Origin: a virus
Lineage: Duplodnaviria > Caudoviricetes
Virus record (IMG/VR): IMGVR_UViG_3300030372_001522
Coordinates: 1 to 37,800 of that record
DNA length: 37,800 nt
Direction: 5' to 3' (one strand)
Made by a program: the position numbers and the translations under genes
The notes under the pieces: model-generated
Seen by the model: only the letters and a program-made list of their open reading frames with translations
What the model was told of the DNA's origin: nothing
Databases searched by the model: none
In this document: one piece after another, positions 8,550-16,202 of the stretch
How positions within the stretch are numbered: position 1 is the first letter of the stretch
How the letters are laid out: the number at the start of each line of letters is the position of its first letter

Positions 8550-9125
8550 ATGAAGAATATAATTGAACAAATGACATCAGCCAAAAAAGTAACTGAGGAA
8601 GAAATTTCTAAAGTTGTTAAAGGTGGAATGCAGACAGCAAAAATGGAAACTTTTATGGTTGATATTATTACTAGGGATATATTCCTTGCTAATAAAAAGA
8701 ATGCTGAAACCATGCTAACAAAGGAACTAGACAGAATTTACGCTACTGAAACACCAGCGAAAATTACAGCGACTAAAAAATGGGTAAAAACTAGATTACA
8801 AGTTCTAGTAAAGGCAAAATCTGTTCAACGTAGGTTATTAGGTGATGACGTTAAAACAAAGCTAATAACTATTAAAAAAGTTAATAATGGCGTTTTAGAG
8901 GGTGACAAATGCTTAAATAAAAATCTATTCAAAGATAAAGATTTAGGGCTGTTTAAGGTAATTATTGAGGCAAAAAAAGTAACTGAGGAAAAAGTCTTTG
9001 AGGAAGAACTTCAAAAGTTGATGACTAAGCATGATAAATTTCCAAATGATTTACTAGAATGGATTCAAACTCAGATGACAGATACTCAGATTTTAGATGA
9101 ATTAGAGGTCAAAAAAGCGTCTTGA
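8550..9125 (+). CDS. Hypothetical Lys-rich helical protein flanked by two hammerheads
   Basis: 191 aa, SD GAAAGG; AKKVTEE occurs twice; no recognisable family. Confidence 0.85.
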   Translation: MKNIIEQMTSAKKVTEEEISKVVKGGMQTAKMETFMVDIITRDIFLANKKNAETMLTKELDRIYATETPAKITATKKWVKTRLQVLVKAKSVQRRLLGDDVKTKLITIKKVNNGVLEGDKCLNKNLFKDKDLGLFKVIIEAKKVTEEKVFEEELQKLMTKHDKFPNDLLEWIQTQMTDTQILDELEVKKAS

Positions 9126-9183
9126 ATTATACTGATGAGCCTTAACAAAGGCGAAACGGCATTATAAAATGCCGTCTATAATT
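9125..9183 (+). ncRNA. Type I hammerhead ribozyme 2
   Basis: Stem I AATTATA/TATAATT; core CTGATGA (9132-9138); stem II GCCTT-aaca-AAGGC; GAAA (9153-9156); stem III ACGGCATT-ataa-AATGCCGT; GTC triplet, cut after 9176. Confidence 0.95.
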
Positions 9184-9192
9184 GGAGGAATT

Positions 9193-9759
9193 ATGAACAT
9201 TAAAGAAATTGAAAAAACTACTGAGTATAAAAATGATTGGAATCAATGCACAGTCGTGGCTAGTTCTGTAGCTTTTAATATGGATTATAAAAAAGTGCAT
9301 AAGTTTTATATGGCTAATGGTAGGCAAAAAAACAGGGGTTTATTGCCCTTTCATACTGAAAGAATTATGCAAGAATTGGCAAAATATGAGGGTTATAAAA
9401 TAACGCTTTTTAAACCTACTTTTGAACTTAATAATATTAGAAAATGGGTTTCAGGTTCTAATGACTATTCAAGGGGCGAAAGATACAGGGCAAAATTTAT
9501 TCCTGATGGAAAAGAAAATCTCTGTATAGTTAATAAACATATCACACCAAATAACCAAGATGACTACTTACCTACAGATAATTATATTATGGGTGTTAGT
9601 GGGCATGTCATAGGTATAAAAGATGGTGTTGTAAATGATTGGACTGAGGGAAGAAAACACCAAGCCAAATCTATTTGGAGAATAGAAAAAACAGGTAAAA
9701 AAGTTAAACGTCAAACTTTTTCAGATTGCTTTGACGAATTAATGGATTTTGAATTTTAA
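9193..9759 (+). CDS. Putative papain-fold (C39-like) cysteine peptidase
   Basis: Start reassigned to ATG 9193 (SD GGAGG 9184-9188); NQCTVVA ... GHVIGIKDG...DW suggests a Cys-His-Asp triad. Confidence 0.55.
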   Translation: MNIKEIEKTTEYKNDWNQCTVVASSVAFNMDYKKVHKFYMANGRQKNRGLLPFHTERIMQELAKYEGYKITLFKPTFELNNIRKWVSGSNDYSRGERYRAKFIPDGKENLCIVNKHITPNNQDDYLPTDNYIMGVSGHVIGIKDGVVNDWTEGRKHQAKSIWRIEKTGKKVKRQTFSDCFDELMDFEF

Positions 9760-9775
9760 TAAAAGAGGTTATAAA

Positions 9776-9928
9776 ATGAAAACAATATATATATCTTATG
9801 AGGTTGGTGGTATGTGGTATGAATGGTCAGATTTTAAAGAAATGTTAGAGTATTACAAAGGATATTCAGACGACAGGTGGTCTTGGTCAATAAAAAAAGT
9901 ATCCCATCAATTCTATGGTACTCATTAA
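9776..9928 (+). CDS. Small hypothetical protein (50 aa, aromatic-rich)
   Basis: Manually translated, MKTIYISYEVGGMWYEW...; SD GAGG. Confidence 0.65.
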   Translation: MKTIYISYEVGGMWYEWSDFKEMLEYYKGYSDDRWSWSIKKVSHQFYGTH

Positions 9929-9952
9929 CATAAATAAATAGGGAGTTATAAA

Positions 9953-10123
9953 ATGAAAGATAAATACGTAGTTATAGCTAATTGGGATTCTTGCGATTCT
10001 CAAGTATTCGGTTTATTTGATTCGTATGAGGATGCTAATAAATGGAGGGAAAAATGGGATTGGAGCGAGTACGATTCAAGGCATGAATTATATTTAGACA
10101 TTGAAAAACTAACACCTGCTTAA
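9953..10123 (+). CDS. Small hypothetical protein (56 aa)
   Basis: Manually translated, MKDKYVVIANW...FGLFDSYEDANKW; SD GGGAG. Confidence 0.7.
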   Translation: MKDKYVVIANWDSCDSQVFGLFDSYEDANKWREKWDWSEYDSRHELYLDIEKLTPA

Positions 10124-10135
10124 GAGGTATAACAG

Positions 10136-10294
10136 ATGAGTAAATTAATAGGAATTATTCTAGGGGTTATTTGTGGATCTTTTTTCGTGATTTTAAAATT
10201 TGACCACTATTTTATATTAAGATTTTTAGAGATTGTATTTCCAAGTTTATTTTGGATTATGATATTATATTTAACAATATATAGAGAGGTGTAA
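10136..10294 (+). CDS. Small two-TM membrane protein (52 aa)
   Basis: Manually translated; two hydrophobic stretches; SD GAGG. Confidence 0.6.
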   Translation: MSKLIGIILGVICGSFFVILKFDHYFILRFLEIVFPSLFWIMILYLTIYREV

Positions 10295-10295
10295 A

Positions 10296-10541
10296 ATGAA
10301 ATTAATAGGTTATGTCAATATGGACAAGGAAAATAGAAAAATAGTTAATGAGGTATTAAAAGAAATTCAAAGTCTTATTATTTCAGATGTTTTTAATAAT
10401 ATGGCTTGGGATGAACCCGATTTAATGGCTGATATGGGTTATAAATTTGACAAGGATGATTTATTAATGGGGTTAGAAATTGCTAAAGAAATTGTGTGCA
10501 ATAGAACTGATTTATTTTTGGGGGTTATAAATGAATCTTAA
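10296..10541 (+). CDS. Hypothetical protein
   Basis: 81-aa ORF with SD GAGG. Confidence 0.7.
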   Translation: MKLIGYVNMDKENRKIVNEVLKEIQSLIISDVFNNMAWDEPDLMADMGYKFDKDDLLMGLEIAKEIVCNRTDLFLGVINES

Positions 10542-10923
10542 AGAATGTAAAACATGTAACGACACATTACCATTTACAATTATTTATTTTCAAGATGCTG
10601 GAAAGAAAAAAGCAAATGGAGAGGATTATTTGAGACATGTTTGCAAACCATGTTATACTGAATCTAAAAATAATTATAAACGGAATAATAGAAAAAGATT
10701 AAATGATTGGAAACTGAGTGCAAGTTGTAGCTGTGGGTATTCTCTTAAGCGAGATAAAGAGAAATTCAGCACAAGGTCTTTAACATTTCATCACAGGGAT
10801 AATAATAAAATAAAAAATGTATCCGATATGATGAGTTATTCTTGGGAAAATATTTTAAAAGAAATTAATAAATGTGATGTGATATGTTTTAATTGTCACA
10901 TGGCTATACATGGAGAAGAATAA
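10531..10923 (+). CDS. HNH-like zinc-binding endonuclease
   Basis: CKTC/CKPC zinc finger, then LTFHH...KCDVICFNCH motif. Confidence 0.7.
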   Translation: MNLKECKTCNDTLPFTIIYFQDAGKKKANGEDYLRHVCKPCYTESKNNYKRNNRKRLNDWKLSASCSCGYSLKRDKEKFSTRSLTFHHRDNNKIKNVSDMMSYSWENILKEINKCDVICFNCHMAIHGEE

Positions 10924-10928
10924 ATTGC

Positions 10929-10957
10929 TTGACTCTAATTTATATTAGGGGTAACTT
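10929..10957 (+). promoter_or_regulatory. Putative sigma70-type promoter
   Basis: TTGACT-N17-TAACTT in an intergenic gap. Confidence 0.55.
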
Positions 10958-10979
10958 AAATCTAACAATAGGAGAACTT

Positions 10980-11147
10980 ATGGAGATTATATTAAACATT
11001 GCAGTATCTGTTATAATTATGGCACTTGTTATATGGGTAGCTAAATTACAAACAGACTTAAACATTGAGAGAGAAAAAGTAGACCTTTACAGATACCATT
11101 CTCTTAAATCTATCAAACTATATGAGGAGAGAAACAATGCTAAATAA
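10980..11147 (+). CDS. Small single-TM protein
   Basis: Start ATG 10980 after SD AGGAG; N-terminal hydrophobic helix. Confidence 0.65.
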   Translation: MEIILNIAVSVIIMALVIWVAKLQTDLNIEREKVDLYRYHSLKSIKLYEERNNAK

Positions 11148-11310
11148 AGTGACTAAAAAAGAATGTATGGATGCTATAGAGTATTTATTTACTATGGGTT
11201 ATACATTAGAAATGACTAGTGATAAAAAATATTATACTGAGATACTACTTAAAAAAGTAGCTAATGATTATAATATTGAACTTAGGGGAATAGATGAGGA
11301 CTCAGAATAA
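11137..11310 (+). CDS. Hypothetical protein
   Basis: Likely start ATG 11137 after SD GAGGAG. Confidence 0.6.
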   Translation: MLNKVTKKECMDAIEYLFTMGYTLEMTSDKKYYTEILLKKVANDYNIELRGIDEDSE

Positions 11311-11567
11311 TGAAGGCAGAGAATATATTACGTAATGAAAGTAAAAAAGCCGATAAAGTTATTAAATATTGCAAAAAATGTAATAATTGCTGGGAAAGAT
11401 TATTATTACAAATAGCTAAGGAGTCAAAACATAGAAGATATATTCTAACCCATCAAGATTTTCCATCATATGGAAAAACCAAAGAAACCTGTCCAAGCTG
11501 TTTAGGTCTTACTAGCTATACACAAAATGTTAAGGGGTTTATGGTACAAGAAATAATAAAAAGTTAA
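11310..11567 (+). CDS. Zinc-finger hypothetical protein
   Basis: CKKC...CPSC. Confidence 0.65.
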   Translation: MKAENILRNESKKADKVIKYCKKCNNCWERLLLQIAKESKHRRYILTHQDFPSYGKTKETCPSCLGLTSYTQNVKGFMVQEIIKS

Positions 11568-11592
11568 ACGTCTAACTAAATAGGAGAACAAT

Positions 11593-11919
11593 ATGTTAAA
11601 AGAAAGTCAAAAAGAAAAGTATCTTGAATCAAAGCAGTACCAAAAAGATTGCACTGAATTTAATGATAAATTACTTGATTTATTAACACACCATTCACAT
11701 TTACTATCTAGCAATAGATTTCATAAATTTGCTGAGATAGTATTACCCACCTTACTAATACACCATATTAGTCATTACTTTGAGCATCATCTTATTCACA
11801 ATGAGGACTCTGTGGATGCTTTTGTTGCCAGTATAAAATCATCTATAATGGAGCATTGTAATATAGAGCCACAATATGATGATTATAAACTAATTGAAGA
11901 TGTGGGGGCAGTAGCATGA
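11593..11919 (+). CDS. His-rich hypothetical protein
   Basis: 108 aa, SD AGGAG. Confidence 0.7.
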   Translation: MLKESQKEKYLESKQYQKDCTEFNDKLLDLLTHHSHLLSSNRFHKFAEIVLPTLLIHHISHYFEHHLIHNEDSVDAFVASIKSSIMEHCNIEPQYDDYKLIEDVGAVA

Positions 11920-12539
11920 ATGTATTAGAATTATTCGCTGGTTCGCGATCATTTTCAAAAGTTGCAGAAAAATTAGGTCATAATACCTTTACATCTGATA
12001 TAAACAATTTTGACAAGATTGATTATGTAACTAATATAATGGACTTTAACACCAAGAAAGTACCATTTAAACCTGATTTTATATGGGCATCTGTGCCTTG
12101 CTATACATTTAGTGTAGCATCCATAGGTCATCATTGGAAAGGGGGTAATAGAAGTTATATACCTAAAACTTCAAGTGCATACATGGGATTAGCTATAGCT
12201 AAAAAAACTATAGAGATTATAAATCACTTTAATCCTAAGTATTATTATATTGAAAATCCTAGAGGATTACTTAGAAAAATGGAATTTATGCAGAATCTAC
12301 CTAGACATACTATTTGGTATTGTCAGTACCAAGATGACAGAGCCAAACCAACGGATTTGTGGACTAATGATAAGTCTTGGACTCCACGACCTGTATGTAA
12401 AAACGGGAATAAGGATTGCCACCACCAACCTGCACCAAGAGGCAGTAGGACAGGCACACAAGGTCTAAAAGGTAATTATGAACGTAGTATAGTGCCTCAA
12501 GATTTATGTCTTGAAATATTAGAAAACAAGGAGGTGTAA
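11916..12539 (+). CDS. DNA cytosine-C5 methyltransferase (short phage type)
   Basis: Motif I LELFAG, catalytic motif IV WASVPC, motif VI IENP. Confidence 0.85.
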   Translation: MNVLELFAGSRSFSKVAEKLGHNTFTSDINNFDKIDYVTNIMDFNTKKVPFKPDFIWASVPCYTFSVASIGHHWKGGNRSYIPKTSSAYMGLAIAKKTIEIINHFNPKYYYIENPRGLLRKMEFMQNLPRHTIWYCQYQDDRAKPTDLWTNDKSWTPRPVCKNGNKDCHHQPAPRGSRTGTQGLKGNYERSIVPQDLCLEILENKEV

Positions 12540-12540
12540 A

Positions 12541-12711
12541 ATGAGTAAAGTAAAAGTACCAATATATTATTATATGGATGATGAAGATAATGCAATAATT
12601 GACTTTGATGCTATAGGGGATGAAATTTGTTGTCAATTAAGAAGAAAGACTCAACAAGATGTAGATGTTGTTATAACTTGTAATGGTAAGCAAACTTGGG
12701 AAAATAGATAG
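12541..12711 (+). CDS. Small hypothetical protein (56 aa)
   Basis: Manually translated, MSKVKVPIYYY...; SD GGAGG. Confidence 0.65.
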   Translation: MSKVKVPIYYYMDDEDNAIIDFDAIGDEICCQLRRKTQQDVDVVITCNGKQTWENR

Positions 12712-12720
12712 GGAGTTATA

Positions 12721-12873
12721 ATGAATGATAATATAGATATGCAAGAGTTATATAATTTATGTGAAAAAGTTGAAAAATATCACAAAGCACTAAATGAAAT
12801 AGCTAGTTGCTCAGAACAAGGGAATCCAATTTATTTAAGGAAAATAGCAAGGGAGGCATTAGAAAATGAATAA
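12721..12873 (+). CDS. Small hypothetical protein (50 aa)
   Basis: Manually translated, ...YHKALNEIA...IAREALENE; SD GGGAG. Confidence 0.65.
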   Translation: MNDNIDMQELYNLCEKVEKYHKALNEIASCSEQGNPIYLRKIAREALENE

Positions 12874-13021
12874 AAGTAAAATACTAGCTGAGTTACAGCA
12901 AGTTATAATAGGACTTGCACATTCAGATCGAAGAAATGTGTATCGATTTATGTTTCATTTTATAGATAATATGGATGATTCAACAATAGATATATCAATT
13001 AAACAATTCAAAAGGAGATAG
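12866..13021 (+). CDS. Small hypothetical protein (51 aa)
   Basis: Manually translated; SD GGAGG; fills the gap. Confidence 0.6.
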   Translation: MNKSKILAELQQVIIGLAHSDRRNVYRFMFHFIDNMDDSTIDISIKQFKRR

Positions 13022-13022
13022 T

Positions 13023-13313
13023 ATGAAAATGCCTAGAGTATATATTAAAGATTATGTTTTAACTAAATATGAAAAGGAATCTAGCAAACTTAGAATGTCT
13101 GGTGGCAGTTGGACAATTAATGTAGAAAAATTTCCACTTGCAAAATACCACTCTATTCGTTATATTACGAGGCAGTATGTCTACGATATAGATACGGAAG
13201 AGGCTCTTTCTAATGGTTTTTATAAAAATCTAGGTGGAGAAAAGAAGTTAGTTGTACCTATAAAACATTGGAGTAAAAATGCCGTATCCATTTATAAAGA
13301 ACATAGTTCCTAA
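13023..13313 (+). CDS. Hypothetical protein
   Basis: 96-aa ORF, SD AGGAG. Confidence 0.7.
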   Translation: MKMPRVYIKDYVLTKYEKESSKLRMSGGSWTINVEKFPLAKYHSIRYITRQYVYDIDTEEALSNGFYKNLGGEKKLVVPIKHWSKNAVSIYKEHSS

Positions 13314-13333
13314 GAATAAGGAGAACAAAGATA

Positions 13334-13546
13334 ATGAGGATGAACAGAGAAAAAAACACCCTAAAAACATCCGTAAAAAATCATTGTGCAAATTATGACA
13401 CAGGTTATAAATGCAGTGGTATAATGATAGATAAGAATCTAAATCAAATTGTAGATTCAGAATATTATAATAAACCCTGTAAGATCGCTAATGGAGAAAA
13501 GTGTAAATATTATGACAATATAGTAAGAAAAACAGCAGGTTTCTAA
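13334..13546 (+). CDS. Cys-rich hypothetical protein
   Basis: CANY...C...C...C pattern. Confidence 0.65.
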   Translation: MRMNREKNTLKTSVKNHCANYDTGYKCSGIMIDKNLNQIVDSEYYNKPCKIANGEKCKYYDNIVRKTAGF

Positions 13547-13556
13547 AGGAGGAAAA

Positions 13557-14342
13557 ATGAAAAGTGCATTTTATGGTATCATACCAAAAACAATATTACA
13601 TCACCAGAAATTAAAAGCAAATTCTAAATTAATATATGCTGAGATTATAGCTTGTTTAGAAGATGATGGTACATGTATAAAAAGGAATATTTACTTTAGT
13701 AATGTTTTAAATATTTCTAAAGACACAGCATCTAGAAGTATTGCAGAACTAAGAAATTATGGGTTAGTATATGTACAAACTATACTAGAAAAGGGTACAG
13801 AGAAATTTATAAAAAGATGTATTACCCCTATGCAGAATTTCCTATGGGTTAATCAAAATAGTGACAACCCCTATATGCAAAATAATCTAGGGGTTAGTGA
13901 TGCCTTAAGAGGAGATGATGCCCTTACCTATATTCAGAATACCCAAACATTATTAAGTAATAATAATATAAGTAAAATATATACCGATGGCAATAAACCC
14001 ATTACCCCTATAAATAAAAATATAAATGCTGAACAATTAATTGCATTGAGAAATGTGGCATCTAATTTTTTACATAAACAGAAAAAAAGATTTCCTCATT
14101 TATTTGAAGGTAAGGATGAAACTGATTTACTTAATAAATCAATCAATACATTATATGATTTAATTAAATTAGATAATGTTAATTATAATGTTGTTTGTGA
14201 TGTTTTAGATTACACATTAGGAGATAAATTTTGGCATTCTCAAGTAACATCATTACATACATTAAGACATAAGTCAAATAATGGTAATATTAAATTTCAT
14301 AATATATTAACAGCATACAATACTAGAGGAGGAAAAGTATGA
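13557..14342 (+). CDS. Replication initiator protein (N-terminal winged HTH)
   Basis: YGIIP..IL...L...SKLIYAEI...LNISKDTASRSIAELRNYG pattern; directly upstream of the helicase; repetitive linker. Confidence 0.75.
   Translation: MKSAFYGIIPKTILHHQKLKANSKLIYAEIIACLEDDGTCIKRNIYFSNVLNISKDTASRSIAELRNYGLVYVQTILEKGTEKFIKRCITPMQNFLWVNQNSDNPYMQNNLGVSDALRGDDALTYIQNTQTLLSNNNISKIYTDGNKPITPINKNINAEQLIALRNVASNFLHKQKKRFPHLFEGKDETDLLNKSINTLYDLIKLDNVNYNVVCDVLDYTLGDKFWHSQVTSLHTLRHKSNNGNIKFHNILTAYNTRGGKV
13821..14025. repeat. Iteron-like imperfect repeats, putative replication origin
   Basis: CCTATGCAGAAT, CCTATATGCAAAAT, CCTATATTCAGAAT; ATTACCCCTAT twice; TGATGCC(C)TTA twice; adjacent AT-rich tract. Confidence 0.5.
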
Positions 14343-16021
14343 CATTTGAGGAGCATGGTATATTTATCAGGGGGACATCTAGGCAAGAAAAGACTACCTG
14401 TCCTAAGTGTTCACATACTAGAAAAAATAAGTCAGACCAATGTTTGTCTGTTAATGTTGATGAAGGAATATGGCATTGTCATCATTGTAGTTGGAAAGGA
14501 TCACTAAATAAAAAAGTTAAACATCTAACTATTCCTATAGAAAAACCTAGCCCACCAAAAACAGAATTACCTGAAGAAGTTTACAAATGGTTTGAAGAGA
14601 GATGTATTACTAGAGCAGTTGTTGATGCAGAGAAAATAGGTTATGATAATAGATGGATACAATTTCCTTTTTACAAAGATGAAGAAGTTGTTAATATAAA
14701 ATCAAGAACAGCAGATAAGAAATTTAGACAAACTAAAAATGCAGAGAAGTGTTTCTACAGATTTGATTCTATGAAAGGTATGGAGACTATTATAATAACA
14801 GAGGGAGAAATGGATGCCCTTGCTTTAGTTCAATCTGGATTTATGAATGTTGTATCTGTACCTGATGGAGCAACACAACCCAATAGTAAACCATCAGATA
14901 GGAAGTTTAGTTTTTTATTATCAGCAGAAGAACATCTAATGAATGCTGAGACTATCATATTATGCACAGATTCCGATGGGGCAGGTAAACACCTAAGAGA
15001 TGAATTATCTAGGCGAATAGGTAGGGAAAAATGCTATAGGGTGGTATATCCTGATGGATGTAAAGATATGAATGATGTACTTATAAAACATGGAGAAGAT
15101 GAAGTTCAGAACATTGTAAGTAATTCACATCCCTACCCGATTGATGGGGTTGTGATGGTTCAAGATATTGAAGATGATGCTATTGACTTATTATTAAAGC
15201 CTCAGCATAAGGGTTTATCTACAGGGTGGAGTGCAGTCGATCCTCATTATTTAATCAGTCCATCTGAGGTCACAGTTGTGACAGGTGTACCAAATATGGG
15301 GAAGTCAGAATGGATGGATGCTCTGATGATTAATATGGTTCAATCTTATGGTTGGAAGTTTGGTATATTCTCAGCAGAAAATTTTCCAGTTGAGCATCAT
15401 TTATTAAAACTGGTAGGTAAATTTGCAGGTAAAGCATTTTGGGGAGAGAATAAATTAGATGAAAAGACAGCAAGAGACTCTATGTTAATATTAAATGACC
15501 ATATTAAGTTTATAGGCACACAAGAAGATTCAGTTACTATTGAATCAATTATGGAACAAGCTAAGATACTTAATTATAGATTTGGTTTAAATGGTCTTAT
15601 TATTGATCCGTGGAATACTTTAGAACATAAGTTTGGAGATGGAGAGAATGAGACTTTATATGTCTCAAGAGTGTTAGCTCAATTAAGTGCTTTTGCAAAA
15701 GTAAATGAGATTCATGTTTGGTTAGTTGCTCATCCTAAAAAAATGGAGAATGGTGTTGATAGAAAGCCTTTAGTTCCTACACCTTATGATATAAGTGGTT
15801 CAGCTAATTGGTTTAATAAGTGCGACAATGCAATAACTATCCATAGACATAAATCAGATGAGGATGATTATGCAGGTGTACATGTGCATAAAATAAGGTT
15901 TCAGTATAAGAATGGAAAACCAAATCAAGGGAATCCTGCAAAGCTAAAATATAACTTGACTAATGGAAAGTATTATGAGTATTTTGAAGAAGAACGATTT
16001 AAAGAAAATCTTTTTGGATAA
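14339..16021 (+). CDS. Primase-helicase (T7 gp4/Twinkle-like)
   Basis: Zn finger CPKC...CHHC, TOPRIM EGEMD/DSD/KDMND, Walker A GVPNMGKS, IIDPWN, AHP motifs. Confidence 0.93.
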   Translation: MTFEEHGIFIRGTSRQEKTTCPKCSHTRKNKSDQCLSVNVDEGIWHCHHCSWKGSLNKKVKHLTIPIEKPSPPKTELPEEVYKWFEERCITRAVVDAEKIGYDNRWIQFPFYKDEEVVNIKSRTADKKFRQTKNAEKCFYRFDSMKGMETIIITEGEMDALALVQSGFMNVVSVPDGATQPNSKPSDRKFSFLLSAEEHLMNAETIILCTDSDGAGKHLRDELSRRIGREKCYRVVYPDGCKDMNDVLIKHGEDEVQNIVSNSHPYPIDGVVMVQDIEDDAIDLLLKPQHKGLSTGWSAVDPHYLISPSEVTVVTGVPNMGKSEWMDALMINMVQSYGWKFGIFSAENFPVEHHLLKLVGKFAGKAFWGENKLDEKTARDSMLILNDHIKFIGTQEDSVTIESIMEQAKILNYRFGLNGLIIDPWNTLEHKFGDGENETLYVSRVLAQLSAFAKVNEIHVWLVAHPKKMENGVDRKPLVPTPYDISGSANWFNKCDNAITIHRHKSDEDDYAGVHVHKIRFQYKNGKPNQGNPAKLKYNLTNGKYYEYFEEERFKENLFG

Positions 16022-16202
16022 GCTAGAATCTATAACAAATGATAAGTTTAGAAATCAAAGTAAGGATAGACATCTTAGACATATGAGAAAAAGATTACAT
16101 GAAGAATTTGACTCTATATGGGTTAAATATAATAATAATAAAGCCACATATGACCAATGGAGTAAAGCATTGATTAAGTGGATAAACTCGGAGTTAATAT
16201 GA
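15963..16202 (+). CDS. Hypothetical protein
   Basis: 79-aa ORF bridging helicase and phosphoesterase. Confidence 0.55.
   Translation: MESIMSILKKNDLKKIFLDKLESITNDKFRNQSKDRHLRHMRKRLHEEFDSIWVKYNNNKATYDQWSKALIKWINSELI

Noticed and set aside
8591-8990. CTGAGGA hammerhead-like cores inside the 191-aa gene
   Set aside because: Not followed by a stem II/GAAA/stem III arrangement; explained by the coding repeat VTEE.
8525-9327. Minus-strand ORFs 8525-8713 and 9142-9327, and the longer starts at 8023 and 9169
   Set aside because: The minus ORFs are antisense shadows without an SD. The longer starts lack SDs (9169 lies inside the ribozyme), whereas 8062 and 9193 have clear SDs.
11916-12539. Methyltransferase as part of a restriction-modification or base-modification system
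   Set aside because: No adjacent restriction enzyme or modification pathway genes; orphan methyltransferases are ordinary in phages.
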